The notes: a model not told the origin generated them from the letters alone. A stretch of DNA of 64,000 nt from Isurus oxyrinchus (GCA_026770705.1 JANJGN010000009.1:78244001-78308000); one strand, 5' to 3'. Shown: positions 12,103 to 25,516, counted from the stretch's first letter. A program made the numbers and translations.

Positions 12103-12996
12103 AAAAACAAAAATAGCTGGAAAAACTCAGCAGGTCTGACAGCATCTGCGGAGAGGAATATAGTTGGCATTTCGAGTACGTATGACTCTTCATCAGAACT
12201 AAGAAAATAGAGAAATGAGGTGAAATATAAGCCGGTAGAGGAGGGTGGGACAGGTAGAGCTGGATAGGGGCCAATGATTGGTAGAGGCAAAGGAGAGATT
12301 GCGAAAGATGTCAGACAAAAGGACAAAGGAATTTTGACGGTGGTGATATTATCTAAGGAATGCGCTACTGGAGACATTAAGGGTAGCAAAAAGGACAAGC
12401 TAGTGGCAGATGGCCCTAGTGGGGGTGGGGGTGAAGGGATCAAAATGGGCTAAAAGGTGGAGATAAAACAATAGATCGAAATAAATTTAAAATTAGGTGG
12501 GAAAAGAAAAATATATATATTTTTTTAAATTATAAATTATTGGAAAAAGGGGGATTGGAAAGGGGGTGGGGATGGAGGAGAGAGTTCATGATCTGAAATT
12601 ATTGAGCTCAATATTAATTTCGGAAGGCTGTAAAGTGCTTAGTTGGAAGAGGAGGTGCTGTTCCTCCAGTTGAGCTTCACTGGAATGTTGCAGCAGGAAC
12701 ATTGACGGACATGTGGGCATGAGAGCAGGGTGGTGTGTTGAAATGGCAAGCAACAGGGAGGTCTGGGTCATGCTTGCGGACAGAATGAAGGTGTTCCACA
12801 AAGCAGTCACCCAGTCTGCATTTGGTCTCTCCAATGTAGAGGAGACCGCTTTGGGAGTAGTGAATGCAGTAGACTAAATTGAGGGAAGTGCAAGTGAAGT
12901 GCTACTTCACTGGAAAAGTGTGTTTGGGCCCTTGGACGGTGAGGATGCGGGAAGTAAAGGGGCAGTTGTTGCACCTTCTGTGGTTGCATGGGAAGG
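12103..12996 (-). mobile_element. Penelope-like retroelement, 5'-truncated (GIY-YIG C-terminus plus 3' UTR/pLTR)
   Basis: LYIGETK...LEEQHLLFQLSTLQPSEINIELNNFRS; 13-bp flanking duplication TACCATATGAAAC (12090-12102, 12997-13009). Confidence 0.88.
12162..12200 (-). ncRNA. Minimal hammerhead ribozyme-like motif in the Penelope pLTR
   Basis: AGUU-CUGAUGA-A-GAGU(cauacgu)ACUC-GAAA-UGCC-AACU: conserved core boxes, helix I AGUU/AACU, helix II GAGU/ACUC; cleavage-side residues diverged. Confidence 0.6.
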
Positions 12997-13249
12997 TACC
13001 ATATGAAACTCTGTCTTACACATCATTCAAATGTGAAGATAACTAACAATTATTGAACTAGCGTTGCTGAGCCTGAATTAGAATAAGAGAAACCTGTAGC
13101 ATTCCCTTTTGAGGCTGAAGGGATTTTATAATCTGTATTTTGAGTAATTTGATTGTTTTTGTAATTGTTTTCAGGATATGAACAACATGGTAAAGGCTAA
13201 ATTTGCTATGTCTGGTTGCTTTCATGTGATGATGATGGGCCTTCTTCAA

Positions 13250-13390
13250 AGCTGTCGCCTTTTTGCTGATAGTACTCCCACAATATTACTAGGTAGGGAA
13301 TTCCAATCATTTGGTCGAGCAACAATGACGGAATGGCAGTTTGTGTCAAAGTTAGGAGGGTGTGTGACTTGGAGGGAAACTTGGAGGTGC
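13250..13390 (-). mobile_element. LINE family B 3' fragment
   Basis: Reverse complement of the tcctggaactccct...cagcactgtgggtgta region seen at ~28480-28620. Confidence 0.5.
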
Positions 13391-13591
13391 TATCTCCACT
13401 TAATTGTTAATCTTGACACAAGGGAGAGAAATTTGGCTGATGTAACCTGATCAGTTTTTGTGGTATGTTGCAGAGCATACATAATACAGTCATAATATCC
13501 TTTTTATTGATAACAGTCTATGCAACCCTATTTATGAACTCATCAAGGTTACTTCGACAGAACTTTTATTGATAGCTGTCAGTTCATGCCA

Positions 13592-13805
13592 TATTTTTCT
13601 TTTCCCACCTAATTTTAAATTTATTTCAATCTATTGTTTTTTTCTCCACTTTTTAGCCCATTTCAATCCCTTCCCCCCAGCCCACCGCTACTAGGGCCAT
13701 CTGCCACTAGCTTGTCCTGCTTGCTACCCTTAATGTCCCCAGTAGCACATGCCTTAGATATTATCACCACCGTCAACACCCCTTTGTCCTTTTGTCTATG
13801 ACATC
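13592..13805 (+). mobile_element. Penelope 3' UTR fragment, inverted relative to 12306-12512
   Basis: cccacctaattttaaatttatt...actagggccatctgccactagcttgtcc...gacatc is the reverse complement of 12306-12512, with scattered differences. Confidence 0.8.
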
Positions 13806-15769
13806 ATGAACTTTATGATTTATGCTCTTAACTTCTATTTGTTACATAGCCAACCTGTTCAGTTGTGATTTGTTGCTGTACATCCCAATTTAATAATTCA
13901 GCAGCAAACTTGTGTAAGTTTAAAATAAGTAGTTATTTATTCTCACATTCTCAGGGAACTTTAACTGGAACAGGTTATATACTTTAACTGCCTGATATCC
14001 CGCAGATGACCAAGTCTGATTCAGACTGGTTGAGCTAATGGTTTCAATGGCTGCAGTGGTTATTCCTTGTAAACAACTCTTAACTGATTTTTAAAAGCAG
14101 ACAATAACATGGCTCCCTCACCATGTGACTTTCTACAAGTTCAAGTCTTTTTCCAGATAAGGGGGTGGGGTTCATGTTGACTCCGCATCCTGTGTTGTGG
14201 GTTAACACCTTCGAGGCCAGTCTAGTTTGGATGGAGAAAACCATTATGATACAATGGGATGGTGATAGGAGACATTCATTTCCAGCTGCTCCCATTTGAT
14301 CATTATGAAACAGGGAGACAAGTAGTCTGGTAAACTCCATAGACTTTTGTGCTGGCCTATCCTTAATTAATGAGATGTGTGAATTTCCTGAATTATGTGA
14401 ATGTCCATATTTAATTAGATATTCACTTGATAATTTGTACCGTCTGTAGCTCAAATGCCAAAGGTCACATGATTTTCTACAACCATTTTAATAGCTTGTT
14501 TGTGTCCTATTTTTAAAGTCTTGGCTGAAAGTTTAGAATATGATGTCTGTATGGGTATGACATAATGCACACTTTCCATATTAAAAGCGATATCTGATAA
14601 TTATGTGATAATTACGCAGAATGCTAACTTGTCACTTTAACCCCACAAAGTCTAATTGGTTCAGGCCAATGATCATCTATTTTTAGCAAAAGAAAAGAGC
14701 AGATTGGAATGCCCTGTCAGCTTTAGGCTGCAGCTCAGTTACAACCAGTGTGTTATGATAGTTTATCATATGTAACAAAATCTGAAGTCCAGAGTGCGAT
14801 GTCCAGGGTATGATATTTGAGTGGAATGTGTAAAACAAGCCTGATTTTCCTTTTTGCTGCAATGGCAGTGGACCTTCTGTGGAACAGAATCTTGATCCTG
14901 CAACTCTGGGTGTTGAAGGCCCAGTCCTGGTGGCTGCAGCTCTCTCCCTCTCTCATGGTCCTCCTAACTGGAGGCCTCAAAGGCTGTTTGAATGAGGCCC
15001 ATGCAAATAGCTGAACTAACTTTTCAGGTCTATCTAAACCCCACATCACCCCACATACAAGTGCCAATCAGTGAGGACACTCAGCCAGAATGCCTCTGCT
15101 ATGTCAGCCATGTGCATCTTGGCACCAATCTGCTACTGCTGCTGCATGTCCAGTATAACGCATCCTATCAAGCCATGCTACCACTCTCAGTGACTACCAA
15201 CTGCAGTCACGACTGACCTGTCGCGGAGCTTCCACCTCCTTATATGTGACGAGAATCTGAGGCCTCATTCCTAATTGCCCCTCAAAATCTGAAACAGCTG
15301 AATTACCATTGCACTGTATGTAAGTGCGACCTCCTTGTGACAGCCTGGTTACCTCTCGTATTATCCGGAAATGACATGAAGATGTTGGGCTTTCCTCCTG
15401 GCACCTTCAGCTGTGATTTCTTCAGCCCTCTCGCCTCCCACCCCATCTCTGAAGGACTGGAAAATCCAGTCAAAGTATCAGATTGTTGAGGTAATTGATT
15501 TCCAGGTTTTACATTCCATCATGCAAAAACAATAGGGCAAAGCAACAAGCCGTTGCATTGTTCACTGACAGTGTTTGAAGTGTCCACACTCAGTCAGATG
15601 AAGTTTACCTAGCATTTCTCCCTATCTGCACAATGATAAAGCCTCCCTCCTCCTAAACAAACCAAACAATTTTTGGCACATTGTACAAAGCACACTCATA
15701 ACAACCCTGTATCACCTTCATTCTATATATTCTGAACCAAATTGTTTTTATTATTCTTTCCAATCTATA

Positions 15770-16414
15770 AGGCAGGATTTTTCAGTCAGCATGTGGGGAC
15801 GGGCCGGACACACCGTAAAATGACGCACGATGATGTCGGGCATTAGTCCCAATGTCATTGAGCAGTCCCGCGATATTTCATTTGGCAGGCACGCGCCAGA
15901 GTCAACTGCACACCAGCCGATTTGTAAACAGCCTATTTAGGCCATTAAGGAAGTAATTGATGTATTTATTAACACTGCCCGTCCAACCTTAATGTTGGCG
16001 GGCAGGCAAAAAGGCCAAGCGGCCTCCACGTTTTTTGGGCAATCTCATCCACGAGCCAGATGAGGTTTCTTAAAGCTTTTATTAAATAAATAAATAATTT
16101 TTCCAAGATCTAAAAACATGTCCCTTCTCATGTGACACAGGCACATGAGGGGACGTGTTTAATTAAAATTTTTCTCCATTTATTTAATTATTTCAATTTA
16201 GATTCAATCTCCCTGAGGCAGAGATTGAAGTGCTCTTTTGCGTGCATGTGCCCGAAAGAGCGCTGGCCCTGACTCTCCCTCCTTCCCCCGCCCGCACAGG
16301 TAGCGCTGAGTGCTATGGCTTGTGCCTTACGCCGGGCGGGTAAAATGGCAGCGCAGAGCCGATCGCCCCTGCCCGTTCCTGCCGAGCCTGCCTGCCGCCT
16401 GAAAAATTCAGGGC
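15770..16414 (+). mobile_element. Harbinger-derived MITE
   Basis: TIRs AGGCAGGATTTT / AAAATTCAGGGC; TSD ATA; both internal palindromes present. Confidence 0.85.
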
Positions 16415-16994
16415 ATAGAGTTCTAAAAGCTGTCTCTACTATTCTCTCCAACCTATGCTGCCCGAAGTAAACCACTTTTCTCCCTGAATATGCTCTCAAC
16501 CTAGGTACATAATTCAAATTCAAAGTAATTACGCATGAGTGGCTTACAGGATTTCATTGTTTGCGAGTATGTTGTGCAGTAATTCAAAATGCTTGGATAC
16601 CTGTGATCCAGCATAACATACAAGAAAATTTAAATGTTTGCATCATGACTCCATTCAATATTACTGAGTTAATTGTTATGCCATTGTTTATCCTAAATGT
16701 TAAAAGTAACACTGTTAGTGATTCCATTTGCTTTGTCAAACAAATCCTTCAGTCAGACTTCTTTGTAAGTGTTGTCGGGGCTAAAATTCAATTTGCAGGG
16801 CAGCAAACAGATATTAGTGGATTGGCCTATTATACAAACTGCTTAATCTTGCTATCCGTTGACTTTAATAGAAAAACAGAATCAGATGGGATGTATAATA
16901 AGTGTCCGGTTTGCACTTACATAGTATGTATCCCCATCATACAGAGAAGGGGCACTAATGAATGGGATGAATTAACAGCTCATTCTAGAAATTG

Positions 16995-17333
16995 AGAACA
17001 TAAGCAATAGGAGCAGGAGTTGACGATACGGCCCACTGAGCCTTTTCCTCTATTCAGTATGGTCAAGGTTGATCTTGGGATTTAACTCCAGTTTCCCATT
17101 CACTCCCCATATCACTTGACTTCCTGAGGGACCAAATATCTGTCTATCTCAACCTTAAATATATTCAATGATGGAGAATCCACAACTCTCTGGGGTAGAG
17201 AATTTCAAAAATTCACAACCACCTGAGTGAAGTAATTTCTTCTCATTTCAGTTCTAAATGATCGGCATCTTATCCTGAGACTGTTCTCCCATATTCTAGA
17301 TTCCCCAGCCAGGGGAAACAACTTCTCAGTGTC
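16995..17333 (-). mobile_element. CR1 LINE 3' fragment
   Basis: agaacataagcaataggagcaggag...ctctggggtagagaatttcaa is the reverse complement of the CR1 3' end. Confidence 0.8.
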
Positions 17334-17695
17334 TCAGCTATGCAAGGTTCAGGTAGTTCTCTGCCTTTCCAAATGAATCTCAAAATCTGTTTTTGATAGC
17401 TTTTTGTAAAGTGAATGTTGTAGGAAGCTTAGATTTTCAGTGGAAATAATGTCAATGATAGAAGAAATAAGTTGAGAATAAAACATTTGCGTAAACCAAC
17501 ATGTGCGGTGTCTATGTGCCTATGTGCGGTGTATTATATGCCAAATATATTTCCCATGTTTGAATTTGATGGTTGAAGTGAATGGTAGCGAGAAATATCT
17601 GACATTAACAATCACGCAATAAAATATTTTAGTATCAAACAGCAGGCTGCAGATGCTATTCCTTTCCTGTATGGCCAAATCACTGCTGCTGCATT

Positions 17696-18211
17696 GGGCA
17701 GGATTTTTCCCCAATTGGGGGGCGAAAATTGAAGTGCAGGCGCGCGGAGGTGCACCTCCGATTGGTACCCCTGATTGGGGGCGCCTCAGGGAGATCATCT
17801 CTACTGTACAAATTATTAAAGATAGAGAAAAAAATCCCTGACGAGTTGAGGCACGTTCATAACTTTTTAAAAAACTTTAATTTTTTAAAAACCTACATGA
17901 TACCTCATTCTGCCCAAAAATGAGATTTCATCATTTTTCTAATGCCCGCCAGGGCTCCTGGCCTGCCTGCCAACCTTAAAGTTGGACGGGCAGGTCCATT
18001 AATTATTTAAATGACTCTGCCAATGGCCTCACTTGGCCATTGACAGTTTGGCGGGCGCACAGCTGATTTTGCTGCGCCCCCGCCTACCTGAAAATTTAAA
18101 CGGGGCGCGGTGATGTTGAGAGTTCTGCCCAACATCACCATGCATCATTTTACGTGTCGGCGAGCAGGCCCCGCCCGTACCCCCACACTCGCCAACGGGA
18201 AAACCCTACAC
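17696..18211 (-). mobile_element. Harbinger-derived MITE (internally deleted)
   Basis: TIR GGGCAGGATTTT at 17696; TSD ATT (17693-17695, 18212-18214). Confidence 0.8.
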
Positions 18212-18222
18212 ATTGAAAATAG

Positions 18223-19589
18223 TTGCGAGCGTCCCAATGTCACTGCGCATTAGCACAATCTTTCAGTTGTCCGGCACATGCGAGAGTCGGCAGCACGTCC
18301 ACCGACAATTATGAAGCCTATTAAGGCCCTTAAGCAGGTAATTAATTTGTATTTTTCGTTGCCTGTCCAACCGTTTGGTTGGCGGGCTGGCGAATAGGCC
18401 AGGCAGCTTTTGGATTTTTTATGAAACTTCATCCACAGGTGGGATGAGGTTTCCAGAAGTAATTTTTTAACAATTAAAAATGTTTAAACACCATTTTAAA
18501 CATGTCCCTCTTCATGTGACTGATGAAGCTATTAATGTATATAATATTTTGGAAAATATTTTTCTTTTAAAATAGAGGTTTGGTCTGCAGGTGTGTCTTA
18601 ATTGATTAAAGCCAGCTAGTCTGGGTGCTTTGATATGGAAGAGAGGTAGAGTGTATTTGCATTTTTTGAATAGCGTATTCAAGTGGGGTGAAAGCTTGCC
18701 GCCTTTCTAACAGATACCAAGCAATTATGTTTATATTGCTAATAAAATTGGTACAATGAATGGGGTTTCATTGTTAAACGGTAAAGTTCAAAGAGGCTGG
18801 TGATACAATGAGAATTTGAATTCAATCAGTGGTGGTAGGTATAACTTCAACAGTTTTCAGGTGTGCAGGCAGAGGCAATGTAAGATCAAAAAGCAACTGA
18901 TCCAACTGGCTCCACAGTGGAAAGAACCTCATTTTGAATTTGTAAGGTGAAAATACTTTGCCTGGTGTTTTGGTTAAGCCTATGGGTTGTTGTTGCCTTA
19001 ATGGGGATTAGTTTGGGAACCTCTTATAAGTTATGATTGTAGTAATTTGTAGCCATGAGTATATATTTTAGCCTGAGTAATTAATAAAATGCTTCATTTA
19101 GGTTAATGTAAAACATCAAGAACTAGTGGCCTGACTCTTGAGTTTAGGGTCTCATCTCAAACATAGCACTTAGAATTATAGGTTATGACAGTTGTTTAAA
19201 GCTTCCCTCTGAGATTTTTAAATAACTCCGCTTTACCAACTGCATCGGTCAGAACAGTGACTGAGTCACATGTGGGGATATGTTTCTCTCATTTTTAAAA
19301 TGTTTATTTTTGTGTCCACAATTCTTCAACTCCATGACGCAGCTCTGTGCCCCCAAGGAGCTTTCAGAACACACACACCCCCGCGCTTGTACAGACTTCT
19401 GCGCTTGCACTCCTCCTGCCTCAAGCCCAGTTGTGCTGAGCTCCTCAGTGTGTGTTTCATGCTGGCTGGCTGTTAACTGGCCAGCCAGTGTGGAATCGTG
19501 GTTGGAGCCTGATCGCGGGCAGTGGACTGTTTTGTGGCCACTCCCAGGCCCATCAATAGCGCCCGCCTGAGAACTGGAAAATCCTGCCC
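18223..19589 (+). mobile_element. Harbinger-derived MITE lacking its left TIR, split by a solo LTR
   Basis: Family body sequence; right TIR AAAATCCTGCCC at 19578-19589; central palindrome split at 18520/19257. Confidence 0.8.
18521..19256 (+). mobile_element. Solo LTR (736 bp)
   Basis: TG...CA ends; perfect 5-bp TSD GTGAC (18516-18520, 19257-19261); AATAAA at ~19083; patchy similarity to the LTR at 1734-3394. Confidence 0.85.
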
Positions 19590-22500
19590 CTGGTTAATTA
19601 TGTTATCAGCACATGAACTGTGAAATATATTCATACTCATACCTGTCCACTGAAATATCCATGCCTTTGGTTCTCAGGCCTCCTGTGAAAAATGATACAA
19701 TACAAGGTCTTAACACATGAGTAAAAAACACTCGTAAAAATATCAGCTTGTTCTAAACTTGTTCTAGACTGGTTGCATTAATATTTCTCTGTATTCAGAC
19801 CTCCCAGTAGACACAAAATGCAGCTGACTGAAATAACACGCAAATTCTTGAATGAATTTCAGACTTATCAAACTTTCTAGTATGGTGGTCTTGCTGAAGA
19901 CATGAACTTCTAACTCCTAACCATACATATACAGAAACAGGAACAGCCACTATGAGCCAACACCAGTGAAACAGCAAGAATGAATAGATTTATTTGTAGG
20001 GAGATCCAGAAGTACCAGCATCAGGAAGCGTCCTGACTTCCCCAAAGTGAGAAATTCTATCATTAAATATAGGTACTGGTGAACGAAATGTTTATAAGAC
20101 TCGAATCTTTTTTTATATCCTGTTCCGATGTTAACTTAAGGATCACTATGATCTGTTTTTACCAATTTTTCACCATCAATTCTTATGGCAGAAGTTAATG
20201 CTGAAAAAGGGAGTGGGGAACAGAGCTTAAATTCAACAGAACAGCAATATTAATAAAGAGACAAAAGGCAATTTGATAACTGGACATATATAGCCCATTA
20301 GAAAAGGATCTTATTCCATATGGATTGTAGTTTTAGGATATACCAAATAGAATGATGCAGAATGTGATAAAGAGAGTGGGGGAGGGTTAAGGGGAATGGA
20401 ACTCAAGTTCCATGAAAGTCAGAAGTTTAGAAATTACAATAAGAAAAACTGTACTAAGCACATGAAATATATGTTGATTAGAATTGAACAATTCTGCATA
20501 TTGTTATTGGTTTAAACTTAAAAGGGCTTATTTTGATAAGTAGATAGTGATACCTATCCTGAGAGAAGATGTTTAAGGGATATGTTAACATTTCATAGGC
20601 AGAGGGAAAACTGTCAAATGAGCTAACAACATACTCTCTATTAAAGAACATTCAAACCATTCAGCCAACATCCACATCAGTGACATCCTGACAATACAGG
20701 CTCAGAAGCTGCTATTTAACCACATTATAGATCAAACTGCCAAATGTGAAAAAAGGTGATTCATTTAATGGGAAATTTAATCATTGTGTTTCATTCATTT
20801 CACAGCCAAGTGCTCAACCCATAGACTTTTTCATAAGAAGGTTTACTAACTCTGCTACTCCTACAAGCTGTTCAGCTTCAGCAAAGCTGGTACATGGCTG
20901 ATATTTCTCCTGAGATGTTTGTGATCAATCACTTCTGGTTAATCCTGAGGACACCATCTACAGACTGAGGCACTTAGTCCATACTGCCTTGGCAGAAGCT
21001 AACTGAAGTTGGCACCATCCTGGATATTAGTCAAGGAGGTGGCAAAGCAGCAGTCATTTGTGCTTCCTGAGAGATGACAATATATATTGCTTTGGGGCTG
21101 GGACTCATCACTTCCACTGGTCTGTGGGATACCACTGCCCCTCCCCACCCCAGCCACCCCTCCAAAATACAAATTACAGCAGAAGGAAGCAGCAGCCTAT
21201 GTGAAGGAACACACTACACAAATTCCAATGTGGTCATTTTTTGTTAATTAATTCAATTTGCCTTCATTAATTTTGATTTCCTTGTACGTTAAATCTGAAT
21301 GATAATCATTAAAGTTTTCTTACTAAAATATTTACCATGAACTAAATCATCCTGGATTTAAAACTCCTCAGAAAAAAAACATTCAACTGCAATTCCCTGT
21401 GTACTTGGAAGCAACCTGCATTTTCCTTTGCACATCAGCATGACAGTTAAAAATTGTGCACCATTGCCAGCTTAAGTGATAAGGATCTGCTCCTGTTCGT
21501 GCTGATATGGGTCATGTCTCAGTCCTGCACATGTCCCTGTTTGACTCTATTAGAGAAGTTATCAAATGGACCTTAGGGAGCAGTGTGGTTGGTAGCTGAT
21601 CAAGGTCAGGCAGGAGGTTGACACATATAATCTAACTCAGCCCCCTAGATAACGTGTGTATCTTTTTACAGTCTATGGATTCCTAATGACTGCAGTTCTT
21701 GGCAAGCTGCCTTCGTACTTTCCACTACAAAAACATCTGCTGTTTCTGGCACAAAAGTAAATTATTCCAAGTGTAGAAGGTAAGCCATTCTTAATTTCAG
21801 ATCATTGGACTTGTTCCAGGTAAAACCTCCTTTTAGGTGTAAACTTATTCTACAGAGGCTGCAACATCCTTTGATAGTAAGAATTGGTAGTTTTACTGCC
21901 CGCTGACAGTTCAGTAGAATATCACAGCTTGATTTTTGCAGAGAATTTCTAAGGTCCTAGTGCTGTTCCACAGTTTTTGATAACAGCTTTGACACAACTG
22001 GAAGTGATTAGGGCAATCAGTAAAAAACTTCAATTTAACCAATTGTTTGAAAGAGGGTTAATTCAGTTGACTCTGCACACTTTGATTTCTGAAACTATGT
22101 ACAAGATGGCTGTTAGAAATCATTGTTGGATCAAGTTTATTAATCAAAAAAAGTAATACATTATTAGTTTGTAACCCTGTCAGAATTTTATTAATAAACA
22201 TGTTTTATCTACAAATGAATGCCTAATTCTGCTGGGTTTAGGATTAGTTTTCCTTATGATATCACATGCTTAGTTGCGACCAATCTGATATCAGAGCCAC
22301 AAGGAAGCATTGCTCAGGAGGCAACCACCTCATCACCACCTGTGAATAACTCAGTGGGGGCTTTTGATTTAACAAAATGTTAGTGAGCTATCAAAACATA
22401 ATATATCATTGATTTTCTTGAACATTGCTGCTTTTTCCATTGTCTGCAGCCTGTTTTCTCCAATGTTGTCCTAAAAACATTAGTACATGTGAGCTCCAGA

Positions 22501-24620
22501 TATGTACCATTACCTCTATTCATGCAGGATGCTGCACTGTGAGGGCATTTTACCATGGAATCTTGTGCCTGATTGAAGTACTGTAGGCACTGTGCAAACT
22601 TTGGGCTGCCTGCTCAGTCCCATGACTATGGCACGCAGCCAAGTACTAAATGTGCTGCTGTGTGGCTGCACGTCTCAAAAGGGGCCAATGGTTTTGCAAG
22701 GCTAGCACCACTTAAAACTAGCCTGCACAACTTAAAGCTGAAGAGTATTTTGTCTACAGCAGATGCTGGAAGTGCCTGGGCAATATTGGGGAGTCTTTAC
22801 AAAGAACCCAAAGTGGTGCAACAGGTAAAGAATTGTGCCCCTGGGTTTTCTGATGGAGATTCTGGTGCAGGAGCTGCCATGAATCCCTAGAGGCAACTAC
22901 TCAGAAGTCTGGGGGTTCAAGTAGCCATGGCTGCCATTTGTCTAGCCTAGGACACGGATGCATTGCTGCAAGAAGTTTAATGACCTCACACAAGTTTAAG
23001 GTTAGTGAATGCACCTTGACACGCCAAGTCCTACCAATTGCATGGTTAGCCTCACCCATTGCTCCAGTCAGCACTCCCCCCTCCCCCTTTCAATTGCCTA
23101 TCAATAATCTAAATGAACCAAGACTCAAACCTTATCACAGGCTTCACTTCACTTTCACACAATTAGTACTCCTGGAAGCTGCACACTCCGATTCCAAACC
23201 CCGGCAACACAGTGATGGGCCTAGTTCACTCTCTCTTGCTGGACAAGTTGGCCATTATGAAGAGCAGCAGCAGCAAACTGGTGGGGAGCAGGCATGGTTG
23301 CATGTGCTGACCCAAATGGAGTGGTGATGCTGGCTATCCCTGAGGCAGCAGTCAGCAGCAGAGTGAAACCATCGAGGACAATGCAATGTTCCTGTCTAAC
23401 CAATCTTCTCAAATCCCACTTCACACTTATCCTGCAATCTGTTATTATGCACAAGCCACAGATGGTGTAACCATGTACCTCTTGCTTTTTGCTAAACTTC
23501 TCCCTTTTTCCTTACCCCAACATGCCCTTTTGCAGTAATGCTTTCAGATACCCAAGAATTTCTGTCTGGCCAACCAGTGCTGCGTGGGGCTGAAGGCCCA
23601 AAGGAAGAAACCCTGTCACTTGATTTGACAGCTCAGAGATTCACTGTGTGTAGCTTTGAGGGAAGAATAGAGGCAGGTCTGGATGTTGTGAGTCAGCAAG
23701 CAGAAGTGGGCTGCATCTAGGTTACAGGGGAAGAATACCATAAGTGCCAGCTCACCAGATGGATTTTGCTGCAGAGTACTCAGAAGAGGATTTTGATAGG
23801 CAGCAAACAAATGCTTGGTGCACGGCAGGCTTTCACTGTCAAAGAGCATGGAGGAGTCCAACTTCAACTTGGTAGAGTTTACAGCATATCGTTTCCACCA
23901 CAGGCATTGTCGCTAACTCCATGAGAACATTTACAGGCTCAGCCGTGGTGCAGAGTCTGGTCTATGTCTCAGCTTCCATTTGTAGCACAGACCAGAAAGC
24001 ATCCAATGTCTTAGTGCTGCAGTGGAAGCTAGATTGAGGTAATGAGATCTCTGCTTGTTTCCATGCAAGCTTAGAAGTCTGCCAACATGGCTGTGGATAC
24101 CAGTGTTCAAAGGGGTTTGAAGTCTCTCACAGTAGTCCAGCAATCTATCCTCCACAGACCACTAAGAACATTGAGACACTGCCCCGGGAGGGTGGCAACG
24201 GCTTCATGGTGCATAATCCTGCTACCCTCTCTTATGATGACAGCATTCATTCTCCCAGTTCAGCCACTCCATTAAATCCCCTGTTGTTGGCTGTCAGCTA
24301 GACAGACCAGGCCGCAACCAACAATGCCAAGGTGGTTCAGTCTGAAGCCAAGCAGTCAAGGCCAAGAACTGCTCAAGGGAATCCTCTGACTATCTGCATT
24401 CTCCCCCATTGAAAGTCAGCAGCCTTCAGCCAGACCTGTTGCAGCAACTGCATAAGAGCAGTAGTACTGGCAAAGCACCTGTAAGACAGACATTGAGGGA
24501 ATGTAAAAGGGTGATTAGCTGAGTATTGAGTGTTGGATAAAGCTATTCTGGAATGGTCGTTTTGTGGTGTTGTTTATTTCAGATTGTGGCCAAGAAGATG
24601 CTGTGATGGTCAGTAATAGA

Positions 24621-25229
24621 GGGGAGGATTTTTCCCTCGTTGGGTGGGCCCGGGAACAGCCGCACAATGGTCCGTCGCTCACAATTGGGCCCCAACCGTA
24701 ATTTCACGCTGGCTGGCCAATTAATGGCCATTAACGTGAAATGTGCGCCGATAACCTCAGCGCTGCTGGGGCGGGGGCGGGGGGAGCTCAAACGCTGAAG
24801 TGTGAACATGCGTGGGAGTGTACTCAGTGAAAGCTCCCTGATGGCACAGATCTGCCTCAGGGAGCTGAAGATTTTTAAGATTTTAAAATAAAAGATTTTA
24901 AAAATAAGGAAAGCATGTCCCCACACATGACTCTGTCAGATGAGCAGGGACATGTGAAATATGAGATTTAAAATTTTTTGGTTTTTTTAGTAAGCGTTGG
25001 AAACCTCATCCCACCCGTGGATTAGGTTGTACGGGCAGTGAAAAACACAACTTAATTAATTACTTAAGGGTCTTAATAGGCCTCTTAATTGTCAGTGGGC
25101 ACATGCCCACCGCCAGAAAGATCGCAAGAGTGCGCAATGATAGTGGACGCTCGCCCGACATTATTGTGCACTACTTCACTCCTGTTCGGGTCAGGCATGT
25201 GCCTGCCTGCAGGATGAAAAATTCTGCCC
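24621..25229 (-). mobile_element. Harbinger-derived MITE
   Basis: TIRs GGGGAGGATTTT / AAAATTCTGCCC; flanks AGA/AAA. Confidence 0.85.
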
Positions 25230-25287
25230 AAAAGAGATGGTTTATGTGGGGGAAATGGAAATTCATTCAGGGGAGTCTGATAATGGA

Positions 25288-25516
25288 AAACAAAAACAGA
25301 ATTACCTGGAAAAACTCAGCAGTTCTGGCAGCATCAGCTGAGGAGAAAAGAGTTGACGTTTCGAGTCCTCATGACCAGTTCTGTTGAAGGGTCATGAGGA
25401 CTCGAAACATCAACTCTTTTCTTCTCTGCCAATGCTGCCAGACCTGCTGAATTTTTCCAGGTAATTCTGTTTCTGTTTTGGATTTCCAGCATCCGCAGTT
25501 GTTTGTTTTTATATTT
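25288..25516. mobile_element. Palindromic Penelope pLTR-only insertion with hammerhead-like core
   Basis: Inverted arms of ~90 bp around 25378-25391; 15-bp TSD GAGTCTGATAATGGA (25273-25287, 25517-25531); AGTT-CTGTTGA-AGGGTCATGAGGACTC-GAAA-CATC-AACT. Confidence 0.85.

Noticed and set aside
14080-14454. 124-aa minus-strand ORF
   Set aside because: No recognisable domain; consistent with a chance ORF.
14836-15471. Possible old Harbinger-type MITE (…GGAAAATCCAGTC end)
   Set aside because: Left TIR and TSD are not convincing by eye.
16561-16995. 144-aa ORF
   Set aside because: AT-rich, non-ATG start, no motif.
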